A stretch of DNA of 64,000 bases, taken from assembly GCF_009914755.1 (NCBI RefSeq), contig NC_060948.1. One strand, written 5' to 3'. The notes under the pieces were generated by a model that was not told the origin of the DNA, did no database searches, and saw only the letters and a program-made list of their open reading frames with translations. Shown here in pieces: positions 50,026 through 63,354 of this stretch (positions within the stretch are counted from its first letter, which is position 1; each line of letters starts with the position of its first letter). The stretch comes from the human T2T-CHM13v2.0 reference genome, Homo sapiens. Made by a program: the position numbers and the translations under genes.

Positions 50026-52157
50026 ATGCAGCTTTGAAGGAATTTCTCATGTTTTCTGAGCTACTTTCTCTCACCAGAAAGAATCAGGACTTTTAAAGTG
50101 TGCTTTATGCCAACTTAAATTTTTCATTTTGACTACCTCATGTTTCTGATGAGGCATGTATTTTTAAATTTATTTTCACCCTTATTGTACCTCTGTGATA
50201 AACTGCTTGCTTAGATTCATACCATAATTATCTTTCAGGTTACTGTTCTGTTCCTAAAGATTCACTGAAACGAAGAATTCTATATATGCTTGTATCTTTC
50301 AGCAACTGTATGTCAGATAGCACTGCACATTACTGCAGAAATCACATATAAATGTCCAAAGGGAGATGAAGAAGAAGAAAGCAAGCTTTAAAATCTGTAC
50401 ATTCCTAACAGCGTATCAGAAACTCACAAATAACAGTGAAAACAAAGAATGATCACAGCCAATACCATTTCATACTTAGACTGAAATATGCAACTTCAAA
50501 AGAAAAGAAAGTTAAGAACTTTCTTTTGTAAAAATTTGTAAATATAGTTTGTAAAAATTTAAAAATATAGTTTTAAAAATTTTCCTATATAGATAAAATT
50601 ATTGGTAACTTTGTCTCACTAGAAAACATAAACATAAACAAAAATCCATCCTTTGCATATGTGTAAATATACATAGTTTTATTTCCATCAGTTATGACAT
50701 GTAAGCAAGTAGTAAAGTTAAAGTACAATAAAATGATATATGGAATTTTCTCAGTCTCAAAATATTCCATGGAGACTATCAATTTTATGAAAACCATAAA
50801 CAATGCTTCATGAAACTACATTATACAGTGCCATTTAGTATTTTACTTACGTTTTAAATAATCAACAATTAAAGGGAATTCGTCAACATTATTTATTATG
50901 AATACCGTTAATTTCCTTCAGTAATCCTATTGAAATTAAGTATTTTAAATAAAACATTAAAAACAAATTATATTGACTGATTTCAGCTTTGGATGAAATC
51001 ATACTTGTGTATTTGTAGTAACGGGAAGTATAACTTTCTCCTCACAATTAATCTTTTATAACATTGGTGTTTTTGTTTTCTCTGACACCAACATTGTGAG
51101 ATCGCACAGGTTTACTGCATGCATGCATTACATGCCTCCAGAGAGTAGGCTTCAAATATATGAAAAATTATATTTATGAAAAAATTCTAGGAAAGGGAAT
51201 GGTGAAATGGAAGAGAATTTCTCTCTTGTTAACTGTTGGTCACTGGATTTGTATATACTTGGATATAGACACATATTAGCACACTGTGAGTTTGCCCATG
51301 TACATATACACTTATATGAGAAACCCATAATATATGGGTTGTATAATGTTTTAATTAATCCACAATTGTATATGCGTGAAATTAGATAAGCGGTTACCTT
51401 TTCTTTACTCAATTTGATGGAAAGCCAAAAAAATATGTCAACCTTTATTTCAATTAATCCAATACCATTAACTGCTGGTAGCTTCATTCTCCTTGTTCTC
51501 TTACGGCAACCGGAAAGTTAATTCTCACTCTAATTTAGCTTTCAAGGTGCGATCAACAAGAGTGTCACCTTGCTGTGGATTGTGACCTCTGACTCCACCT
51601 CTGTCTTCCTTTTGCAGTCCTACCTTTGCATAGGTAACAAACTTTGTACACGGTTAAAAGGCTAAAAGTTCAGTGAAATGTCAAGCCATGCTGTGAAATG
51701 TTCCATAGTTTCTATATCTCTAATTGTCCTTTGATGTTATAGAGGCAAGAAAAATAATTCAATGTTTTTCTTAGTATCTAGTCCAATGCACTCTTTCTTC
51801 ATAATACTGCAAACAAGGCACTGACATGGAAACGTGGCTGGACGTCTCAAAATCTCTTCTCATTAATTACCATTATGTTAATCACTGTTGCCCACAACTG
51901 GAATTGGACTGTGAAATCCCCTGGTGGAAATTGCTATAATGGCTCAAACTACTGGAATGACTATCTTTTTTTACCTGAAAATATCTGATGAGCATAGACA
52001 TATGCTATATACAGGAACATATTGTACATTAACAACATACCGTCACTGCCACTCAATAATAGGTATCCCAAACCTTTGAGCCAAACTGATCTCAGGTGCT
52101 CCCACAAACCAAGCTTTTTCCTCCACAGATTTCTTATGTCAAAAAGCCGCAACTCCA

Positions 52158-52810
52158 GCCCAGGCTTCATGGCTCTTGTTATAATTTCTACATTTTGGGA
52201 GGCTGAGGTTGGTGGGTCACTTGAGGTCAGGAGTTGGAGACCAGCATGGGCAACATGGCAAAAACTTGTCTCTACCAAAAATACAAAAATTACCAGACTT
52301 AGTGGCACTTTCCTGTGGTCCCAGCTACTTGGGAGGCTGAGGTAGGAGAACCGCCTGAACATGGGTGGCAGAGATTGTATAGTAAGCCAAGATCAGACTA
52401 CTGCACTCCATCCTGGATGACACAGCGAGATCATGACTGAAAAAAGAAAAAAAAATGAAGGCAACTCCACTCGTCCACTGGCTTAGGTAAAAAATACTGG
52501 AGTTGGCTGGGCTCGGTGGCTCACACCTGTATTCCCAGCACTTTGGATTTTGGGAAGCTGAGTCGGGCGGGTCACCTGAGATCTGTAGTAGGAGAGCAGC
52601 CTGGCCAACATGGTGAAGCCTGGCTTCTACTAAAAATACAAAACATTAGCTGAGCGTGGTGATGCATGCTTGTAATCGCAGCTACTGCAGAGGCTGAACC
52701 TGGGAGGCGGAGGATGTGTTCAGCTCAGATCCTGCCACTGCACTCCAGCCTGGGCTACAGAGCGAGAGTACCCTGTGAGAAACAAAGGTGAAGAGAACAA
52801 GAAAGAAAAT
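52158..52810 (+). mobile_element. Two tandem Alus, unit 3
   Basis: Diverged copy of unit 1. Confidence 0.85.
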
Positions 52811-52915
52811 TAGAAAAATAAGACCCACTGCAAAAGTTTGCCACAGAATAGATTAAACATTTCGCCAACTTCTAGCTTCTATCATGGAAGCCAAGGTTAT
52901 TTGGACCAAACCTCC

Positions 52916-53268
52916 TGTCTTAGTTCATTTTCACGCTGCTGAAGAAGACATACCTGAAACTGGGAATAAAAGGAAGTTTAATTGGACTGACAGTTCCACA
53001 TGGCTGTGGAGGCCTCAGAATCATGGTATACGAATAAAGGCACTTCTTACATGGCAATGCCAAGAGAGAATGAGGAAGAACCTGAGGCAGAAACCCCTGA
53101 AAAACCCATCAGATCTCGTGAGACTTCTTCACTGTCACAAGAATAGCATGAGAAAGACCGACCCCCATGATTCAATTACCTCCCCCTGGGTCCCACCCGC
53201 AACACGAGGGAATTCTGGGAGATACAAATGAAGCTGAGATTCGAATGGAGACGCACCAAACCATATCA
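52916..53268 (-). mobile_element. THE1-type solo LTR, unit 3
   Basis: Diverged copy; ends CCAAACCATATCA, closer to consensus than units 1 and 2. Confidence 0.88.
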
Positions 53269-56093
53269 CTTCCCAAACAATTAAAAATTCCCAATAGAAG
53301 AAGCATTAATTATATCAAAAAGTGGCGGACCAAGAAGGAACTATTAGCCTCATATCTCAAGAAAGACTCTAGTCAAGGCCTAGGGACTACTCATGAAAAG
53401 AGTTTAATAGCCGACTCTCCCAGTGGATCTGGATTCCACCGGACTGTATCTTCACAGTAAGGGTGAAACATAAGTAAACCCATTCCTATTTCCAAGCTCA
53501 AGGAACTTTGGTCAAAGTTCTCTTGGAGCTGAGCAGAACAAGGAGGCAAACAGAAACAATTTGTGTCCCTGAGAAGTCATGGCCACAGGCTGGCTATCAC
53601 ACAGATTGTCAAGCCAGTTCCATATTGCATGGGTATTACAGAAAATCTCAAAACATAAATTTGTGTGTGTGTTGTCCCAGAGTAGCAGGATCTGGCAGAA
53701 GGAAATTTCCTTCTAACCCTCAAACAATTCACATAAATCTTGTTACATTTGGGATTTTACCATTTGTTTCATCAATGAGAATGGACTTTAGTTTTCATAT
53801 CTTTTTCTACACTCAGTTTATGTCTTGTTGGCATGAAAGTTCTGCTTGCCTTACACAAGGAGTTTAGGAATTTCCCTTTTTTATTCTATAGAATTCTTCA
53901 TATATATTGAAATGCTCTGCCTGGGGAAAAAATCTGAGCCTGTTGTTTTATCTCTAGGAAGAATCCTTTATTTCCTTGAACATTTACAAGACCATTCAGA
54001 TTAGATATGTCTTCTTGTGTTAATTTTACTAAGCTATATACATAGCTTATATTTATATCATATATAATCTTATATAAATATAAGATATAAATATAAAAAT
54101 TATAAATAAATATGAAATATATATAGAAAGCTATATATATGTCTATATATGTAGACACATTATAAAAATCTGTCTATTTGATCTAAGTTTTCAAATTTGT
54201 AAGTTAAGGTGTTAATGATATTTCCTTATTAGCTTCTTAATCTATGCTGTATCTATGGTTGTGTATCTTTTAAATTCTTAGTTTTATCTGTGCTTTCTCC
54301 CTTTTTTTCTAAACTTGACTGAGGGTTGCATCATTTATTATATTTCTCCAACAACCAAAGTTTAGCTTTGTATGTTTTACTAATTTTCTCTCCATCATTA
54401 TTCCCACCCTTCAGTTTTTCAGAATTGATTCTGTTGTTTCTCTTCTAATTCTTTTTTTGAAATATCTAGTACATTAATTTTCAAGTTATTAGAGAAATAT
54501 TTTTCTGTAAACTCCTATTGTAATATCACTTTTCTTGCTACTCACAAACTTAATTTTTAATGTTGGCAGTATCATTAAGTTCTAAGTACATTTCAATTCC
54601 TAGTATGATAATCCATGAATTGCTAAGAAATAGTGGTTATAATTTTGTTGTTCAATTTCCACTTACTTTTATTTTAACTTGGGCTAATTGAAAATTCTTT
54701 ACTAATTTTTTAAATCCTTGAACCCAAGAGACGGAGGTTGCAGTGACCTGAGATGAAGCCACTGCATTCCAGACTGACAGAGTGGAAGTAAATTTGAAAA
54801 CAAAACAAAACAAAACAAAACAGTCACTGGAAATATAATAAAATACATAAATTTGGGATGTAAAATGTTAATCATGATAAAATAAACTGAACTTCTTTGT
54901 ATAAGTTATACAAATTATTCATTGTATATAATTCCTGTAATCTAATTATAGTGCCTTTACACCTCAGGGTTTAAAACGACTCCAACCTTTTTCTGTTTCT
55001 CCAATTCAAATAACTATTTTAAGGTTTAATCTTTAGTAATATTTTGTAGTAATATTTTTGAAGATATTTGACCAGGATGATTTGCTTATATACTTATCTG
55101 ATATCTCCCTTTCTTTTGAATACATATTTTATTACCCACTGATTAGATGTAAGTTTAAGAATTTCGAATAGGGATTTAAATCTAAATTCTACATTTGAAT
55201 TTATAGGAGTCAGTGAGTCCAGGAAGTGCCATTATGCGCAGACCAATATCTGGCAATGGCACTAGGGGACAAATAAGCTTTACCAGTCTCAAAGCCCTGG
55301 CTACTACAGTGAATCCACCCTTCTCCTGGATCTTATCTACTTCAGCAAAAGAAGGCCACCCACTAAACCAGGCCCTTGTACTTTGGGTGGAAACTCCTAA
55401 GTCCTCTAGTCTCCTCAAACAGACAGCCAGGCTGCCAATTTCCACAATAATAATTTCTATAGCACTGAGTCTTTGGTAGCCTTGTAACTATAGCTACTGA
55501 TGCTACATCTGGTCCCTGTATGATAAAACACCAGAGCAACAGAAACAAAAATATTGACTGAAGCCTTCTAAAATCTCTCTAAATACACTTTCAATAAATA
55601 TGTTTTTTTTTTACAACACAACTGCGTTCAGCTTCCTGAACTAATGCTTGGCCTTCAATTGTTTTCATAGTTGAAATTGATTCAAAAGTGTACATTTAAC
55701 ATGAAAGTGAATACATAATTTCATGTATCAGCAACTACAATTTTCAAAACGATGCAAAATACAAATGTGAAACTGTATTTGTGAAATATACCATTTTTTC
55801 AAATTATATTTTCGTACCTACCCAGGAACAGAATTTTTTATAACTGTCTGCATTTTCTCCTCATGTGGGGCAAAAACAGCATCAGAGTTCTTGAATAATT
55901 TATGAAAGACAGGATGGCAATACTATACAAGTTTTACCTATACATAATACTGTATTTAGTTAATGAATAATTAGTTTCAAAAGCCTATTAAAGTATGGAG
56001 TAACTAAATAAAATATATTTAGTTCAATAATTCTAAAATACGTTTACATGAAGAAAATAAAACAATGATTAAAATACATAAACAAACAAATGA

Positions 56094-56368
56094 GGCTGGC
56101 ATGGCGGCTCACACTTGGATGCCCAACATTTTGGGAGGTCAGTGCAGGCGGATCACAGGAGTACCAGACCAGCCTGGCAAATATGGTGAAACCAGTCTCG
56201 ACTAAAAATACAAAAATTAGCAGGACATAGTGGCATGTGCCTGTAATCCCAGCTCCTTGGAAGGCTAAGGCGTGGGAATCCTGTGAAGCTGGAGGGAGAG
56301 GTTGCAGTGAGCCGAGACTTTTCCCCTTCACTCCAGCCTGGATGACACAGTGAGACTCCATCTGAAAA
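56094..56368 (+). mobile_element. Near-full-length Alu, present intact only in the terminal unit
   Basis: GGCTGGCATGGCGGCTCACAC...TTTGGGAGG...ACTAAAAATACAAAAATTAG...CCTGTAATCCCAGCT...CTCCAGCCTGGATGACACAGTGAGACTCC. Confidence 0.87.
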
Positions 56369-57610
56369 CACACACACGCACACACACATACACCCCAAAA
56401 ACTGATGAATAAAAAAAAATCCGTATTCGAAAACATGCTCACAGGCTAACTCCCATATCTAACACACACACACACAAAATTCCTTGAAAACGAAAGTTCC
56501 ACAAGGGGCAAATAAGAAAACAAATTTAACACCCCCCCATATAAAGTAGAAAGAGCAACCTGAAAAGAACCACAGGGGAAAACAATTCAAAATTTACAAC
56601 TATCTACCCTAAAAGAAGCTGAAAGTCCCTCAAAAACTTTCTAGAGACCATGTCCTTGTGATACAAAATGATCATTAAAACTGGCAGGAGTAGAAGAATA
56701 AAAATGCATCCTAAATCTTGCTAAACACTTCAAGTCTCCCATAAGAATTGTAATGGGAAATGGATCAGTCGGCAGCTTTTTCCATACAATTATGAACAAA
56801 TTATATTTCTTCATACTTAAATTTGTTTTTTCAATATTCTAAGAAATCAACTTTTATATTAATAGTAGGTGATGTAAGAAAGCAGGTCTTTATCAAGATA
56901 ACTGACACTGGATGTCCATACCATTACTCAAGTGGGCCTTAATTCCCAGCCAGGTTCCCTCCCTGGACACACACTGAAGGTCCCCAGCCATTTGGCAATC
57001 TCTTCACATTCCCAGCCCTGGAGGTAGTCCTAAAATACATGTACCTGAAGAAAATAAAACATTGCCTCACACTGGAGCCCAGTGTGGTCCTCCAGATTCC
57101 GTGTGAGGTGGACTAACTTATATGGGAAGGCAGGGCAGTGGGAGTGAGGATGGCAGAGAGGATAACACATGTCAAGGCAGCTGGGATCATGGAAACAAAA
57201 CATGACTGGCCTGGGAGAAACACTGTGAAAGGACATAGACCTAGGTGGGCCTCAGAGGAACATCCTCGTGGAGAAAAAGGGGGCCCTGGTTGATCTCAAA
57301 ATGAGCCCCAGGTGGTCGCAGGTCTTACTGCAGGGCAGGGAGCTGGTGAGTGATGATGAGACAGCTATCCCTTAAGCCCTGCTTGTCACCCACTGACTTT
57401 AGCCACATATGCATCATAGTGGCTTAAGGTGCCCCAATCCTGAAATGTGGGTGTTACATGTCCCTGATGGGCCTCTCTCCCCCAACCCACGGATTGCCTG
57501 GGATTGCTCACTGCAGTCTCCTCCAGGATCCTTGGGTTCTCCATGTGGGGCCCAGATCCAGGTCAAAAGGCCTCTCAGTTCCCAGCCCTTCCAAGCCCTA
57601 GGCTGCTCGC

Positions 57611-60181
57611 CTGGCCTCCTCTCTGTTCCGCCTCTAGGGCTGACCCTCTCTCCATGGGATAGAACTGCAATAGATTGAGCCATAGGGCCTGGCTGATGAT
57701 CTAGGGGACTGCAGAAGTGGGTCCAGGACAGTTCAGGTGACAGTTTAAAGCCAATTCCCCAGAGACCAAGGAATGACCAGCTAGGTCCTTTCCCATGATG
57801 CCCCACGGCGAACCCCACCTCAGCAATCCTACCAAAACCAAGGCAGTCATGTTCAGCCAAACAGCTGAATAAGCTCAGGTAGGAGGTGTACTGCCTGCAT
57901 CTGGAGGCTTGACCTTCATGATCCCAGAACCGCTGGACTGCAGTGGAATGAGACACCCTGTAGCCTTAAGGGAGAGGAGTCAGGAAGGTTCATGCCAGTC
58001 CTACCCTCCCACACTCCAGCTTCCCTACCATGCTGGGAGGCATTCCTTACCGAGGATGCCAACACAGTGCTCCTTCATGATGATTTCACTGTGGAAATAA
58101 AGGTTGGGATGAAAGGAAATCATCCTGCCACCAGTAACTGGGATGGCTGAGTTCCTCCACCTGCCTGATCAAGGAGAAAGAGGAGGGATTCAATGGGACC
58201 ATCTCAACTAGCTGGGCTGAGGTGGCCTACTAGCTGTAGTGAACCATGAGTTTCCCCTTCCCAGCTCTCCCACTGAGACAACCCTGGTCCCCAGGGGGAC
58301 CTCAAACTGACTCAGACACTGGACTCCTCCCACAGACCCAGGCTCCCCAGCCTGACCTGCAAATCCATCACGTAGCAAAGCAGGACTTCCGCATGCTTTC
58401 CGACCCACGCCGACATCTCGTGTGCCAAACAATCTACCTCTGCGCAAGAACTCTCCAGAGGATTGGGTGGGCAAGCCTCGTGACGCCTTGCAATTTCGCA
58501 AGAACACAGACAATGTGGAACAGGGCCATCTCCCAGACATTTGGCCAGTCACCCTTCATTGTTGGCCCTCTATCTCTGTCTGGCGAGGAGGCAACGCCAC
58601 AACTGTGGTGGTTTTTGGAGTGGGTGGACCCTGGCCAAGACGGCCTGGGCTGACCAGAGACGGGAGGCAGAAAAAGTGGGCAGGTGGTTGCAGCTGAGGG
58701 ACGGGAGGGGCCGGGGGTGGTGTGAGGCGGCTGCTTCTCTGGGTTTCTGAGATGCAGGAGGCCTTTGTGTGCTGGGTGCTGGACATGCTCCGCTGATGTC
58801 CGGGTGTGTGGTGTCCTCTTATCCTAGTCTCCCTGAGGGGTGGGCCTGTCCACTTGACGGAAGCCCTGTAGTTAGAAGCGACAGCAGGGTCGTGCCTGGC
58901 GCTCTCCATGGGAATTGGGTGGGTGCAAAGGAAGTTATATAGGCTCAAGGCCTACACACCTTTGGGTGCAGCGCCCGCAGGGGGAAGAAAGCATATCTGG
59001 GGAGCTGGTACCTGCCCTGAGGTGGTCGGCAACCCCATGCACCATGAACTCGTTTTAAGCACCTTGTGTTTCTGGGGTGAGCCTGCTGGAAACAGGCACC
59101 GAGAGCAGGGGTGGTTCAATGGCTGGCAATGGCATACAAATTCACCGTCCTCCAGGTACGTTCCCAGGGAAATGTCCCCTTCGACTTTGTGCTGTGCGGC
59201 AAGGGAACTTGGCGCCGCGATTCTCCCTTGTGAGTGCTGTGCTTGGCTCCCCTTCCCTACCACGTGCTCCCAGGGGTGCTACAAGAAGCTGCCCTCACAG
59301 CTGCAGCAACGTGGCTTCGGCTCCCACCCTGTCCCCCATACCCTGCCTCCTGGCTGACCCCACGTGCCTCCCACCTGGCTCCTCCCCGCAACCAGCCCCA
59401 ATGCCCCCCTGAAGCCCAATGACTATCCCTTGCTGCCAGCCATCCCGAATCGGCAGCTGCAAAGTATGGCTCTGGCCCACAAGGCGGAGATGCTCTGTGG
59501 CCTGGGGCATTCACGGAGCCCACCTCCAAGTGAAGGACTTCCAGCGAGTCCATTGACGGCCCGGGTGTGCTCGGTCCAGGGCCAGGCTGTGCCCGCTGGC
59601 CCTCCTTCTGCCACCCCACGTCGGGCTCCACCTCAACCACCACCTCCACCTCAGCCATGATGTCTTCCACCTTCAGCACCGCCTCCTCTTCCAAGGCCGC
59701 CTCCTTGCTCTGTACACCGGCCGTCCTCTCCAGCATTGCCTCCAGCCTGAACACAGTGCTCTCCTGGGTGCTCCCACAGCCCCCGGGCCTGCGCAGCCTA
59801 GCCCAGCCCATGTCCTGCACCCCTAGGCTCTGGGGGCCCGGGCTCCAACAGACCCACTCCTTGAAAGACCCACGGGCGTCGCCCTGCTGAGAACCTAGTC
59901 CCACACCTACGTGGACCCAGGTTTCCTGAGGAGCTCCGCTGGACCCGCAGATCTGGCACTGGTCAAAGGCCTCCGGTCCCCAGCAGGCTCAAATGCGGAC
60001 AGGAGCTTGGGAGCCAGAGGCCCAGGCCCTGGGCTTGCAGAGCCCCACCAGCAGGCACCGCAGCCGCTGCTGCGGGTGCGGGAGCTTCTGGATCGTCAAG
60101 GCAGCGCACAACAGCGTGCGCGCAGGCCGACAATGGCCAACCCTGGCGGCTGGCCTCTGGTGTGCCCAGGGCATAGGACAA
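57611..60181 (-). pseudogene. FAM197Y: Inverted ancient TSPY paralog, exons 1-5 (FAM197Y region), unit 3, more diverged
   Basis: Same structure. The long exon-1 ORF is broken: ATG 60181 gives only 72 aa, and the TSPY-like segment lies in ORF 59257-59904. Confidence 0.8.
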
Positions 60182-61300
60182 GAGGCCCTTTGGAATGCTC
60201 CTTGGAGTACAGCATCCTCAGGGAGGAAGCATGGTACTCGGAGCCTCTATTTGCCTCGACCTGTGAGAGTGTGTGCCGGGGCTCTGGCCTCTACAGCAGA
60301 TCAATTCCACCTCAGCACCGGCAGGCGACTTTCCTCCCACGTGCCCGCCCCGATCACTTCCCCCAGGACACCCCTGCCGCCCTAGCCCCAGCAACCAGAG
60401 AGAGTTCTCTGCATCTGCTGTATTACCTCCGTACCATCTACCTGGCCTGCCTAACGAAGAGAGATGTTTCCTGTGTTCATGACACATAGAGATGTTCATG
60501 GCTTGCCACACTGAGGATGTCAGGGCACAGGGCTGCCATGCCCACAATTCCAAAGACCACGCAGCCCGCGTGTGCCTGGACTCTGAGCTACCCGGCACAA
60601 GCTCCAAGGGCTTCTCGGAGGAGGCTCGGGGACGGAAGGCGTGGGGTGAGTGGGCTGGAGATGCAGGCGCGCCCGTGGCTGTGCAGCCCAGGGAGACGCC
60701 CGCCGCCCTCCCATTGATTGGCCATGAGGGAAGGAAGTCGGCCTGGGTGCGGCCCCTTGGCCCTTAGCGCGCAGTCCCTTAGGGGTCTCCTGGAAACCCG
60801 GCGCATGCGCCCTGAGGGCCCGCTGACCCACCGGGTGCCCATCTGCGACAGGGTTCCTATGGCGTGGGTGGAGCAGCACAGGCCTTGGTGTGTGCGGTGC
60901 CGAGGAGGGCACTGCCTTCAGGATGGAGGCTGTACAGGAGGGGCGGCCGGGGTGGAGAGTGAGCAGGCGGCTTTGGGAGTTGGAGGCAGTGCTGGTGGCA
61001 GATGACATAATGGCGGAGGTGGAGGTGGTGGCCCAGGAGGAGGCCCTCGTGGAGGGGCAGGTGGAGGCCCAGCGGGCACAGCCTGGCCCTGGGCCCATGA
61101 CCCCAGAGTCTGCACTGGAGGAGCTGCTGGCCGTTCAGGTGGAGCTGGAGCCGGTTAATGCCCAAGCCAGGAAGGCCTTTTCTCGGCAGCGGGAAAAGAT
61201 GGAGCGGAGGCGCAAGCCCCACCTAGACCGCAGAGGCGCCATCATCCAGAGCGTCCCTGGCTTCTGGGCCAATGTTGTATCCTTCTCAGTGTTTCTTCGG
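59520..61300. promoter_or_regulatory. CpG-rich divergent promoter region, TSPY copy 4
   Basis: The inverted CCAAT box (~60716-60722), GGAAGT and GGCGCATGCGCC (60800-60811) are retained despite local divergence. Confidence 0.6.
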
Positions 61301-63354
61301 CCTTTCTAGTGGAGAGGTGCTCTCGGGAAAGTGTAAGTAACTGATGGGCAGCTCGGCTTCGATGTGACTCTTTGGGGAACAAAGGGGAGTTGCCACGGAC
61401 AAATGTGGCTGTGGAAAGCCGGAGCAGGCGTGGGTACTATTGTCCTGCATGCGGCAGAGAAACCCTTGGTGATGCCGAGCAGCAGACGTTTGGGGCATCT
61501 TTTTGAAGAGCAGAAGCGAGTTCAGAGCAGAAGACGTTTTTCAGTGAATCAAGGTATTTTTAAGGGAGTGTGATTGCTGCCACTTGCTAGTCCGATCTGC
61601 GACTGGGCGTCTTCGACTATAAGCAGATTCTGCCACTCCTCAGACACCAGCAACTCTCCGCACATCACGCCTCCCCATGTCAGTGCAGTCAGCCTCAGAA
61701 TTATACACCCTCCGTGAACACAGGAGGCCTTAGTTTACGGGGAGGGGGAGGCGAAAGGAGGTCATACATGGAAGCAGATCTGAGAAATCCCCTACCCCAG
61801 CCTCTGGGTGCTCTTAGGCCTTCTTCCCTGTTGCTCCTCGCTTTCCCTTCCATCGTGTGTAAAGTCTCTTTGACCTAAATCAGATTGCACACCACCCCCA
61901 GATGTCAGCCCTGATCACTGACCAAGATGAAGACATGCTGAGCTACATGATCCACCTGGAGGTAAGGCCAGGAAGACTGAGGCTAGAGGGTTTAGTGGGG
62001 GAGGGTAAGGGAAATAATTCATTCCTGTAAGCAACAGCAGGCATCTCACCCGAAAAGGTATTTAAGCTTTCTCCACCTTGCCCTGACAGGTGGAAGAAGT
62101 GAAGCATCCAGTTCACCTGTGCAAGATCATGTTGTTGTTTCAGAGTAACCCTTACTTCCAGAATAAAGTGATTACCAAGGAATATCTGGTGAACATCACA
62201 GGTGACAGGTGGCTCCCAGGATGGGTGGTGGAAGGAAGATGGTGGGTGGATCATTGCCAATGTGATCCAATCCCCTTCCCGCAAAAATTCCTGTCTCTGT
62301 AGAATACAGGGCTTCTCATTCCACTCCAATTGATTGGTATCCAGATTATGAAGTGGAGGCCTATCGCCGCAACCACCACAACAGGAGCCTGAATTCTTCA
62401 ACTGGTTCTCTGACCACAACTTCGCAGGATCTAACAGGATTGCTGAGGTGAGTCCTCACTGGGAAACATGAGGAATGACCCCATGTGTTCCCAGCTGCTT
62501 GGGTCACCATTCTGAGTCCTGATGAGGCCTTTCCCGATGGATTCCCCTGACAGATCCTATGTAAGGACCTGTGGTGCAATCCCCTGCAATCCTACAAGAG
62601 GATGAAGCCACCTGAAGAGGGAACAGAGATTTCAGGTGAGCTGTTCAGTTGGAACTGAAGCTTTTTGATCCCCAGGATAAGGAGGTTGACACACCTGCCT
62701 ATTCAGGGAGCCTGGAGGCTCATTTCAGAAATGTAGAAATTGAGCCTCCTTTCATACATGTAGAAATTCCTTGAGAGGAAGACAGAGTGTGACAGAATCC
62801 AGGACATTCATGGCATTGGGCTGAAAAAGGCACATTAGAGACTGCACTGCAAAGCACGTTATAGCTGTGAAGTCTTAAGCCCAGCGAAGCATCATCCATT
62901 TCCAGAATCACTGAGAAGAAAAGCTAAAAATCCTTCACTTCAGTCTGTGGCACTTGATTCCATGGCTGTCAACCCCACCGGCAGTCATCCTACCAACCCC
63001 ATAAGATTGGGCTCCCTGAATGTGCGTCCTGGTCCTCCTTGCCCCAAACCACAAAGGACTGTTTACATTGATGGATTTCCTTAAGCTATTGCCCCATCAG
63101 ATTTCTGTGTGCTTTTAGGGTACAGTGCATCTTGTTAGCTGACTCCCCTCACAGAGAATACTGGGAATGGGGCAGGGATTGCACAGAACAGTTTGTAACA
63201 CGTGGTAGGAGGAAGTTTAAGGGATCACAAATGGGGAAGGGATATCCTTTTCTCAGCGGGCCCTACAATTGAAATATTTCAAAGTATGGCTCAGAGAAAA
63301 TGCATTTTGACATGTGTTTGTGTTTCTCCAGGGTACTCCCAGATGTTGAGTTGA
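60805..63354 (+). pseudogene. TSPY15P: TSPY copy 4, divergent frameshifted terminal copy
   Basis: Exons 60805-61276, 61884-61961, 62090-62201, 62303-62447, 62554-62635 and 63332-63354. Exon 1 has -4, -1, -1, +1 and -9 nt indels; the frame from ATG1 stops at 61003-61005. There is a 1-bp deletion at ~62393 in exon 4. The name is from memory. Confidence 0.88.
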
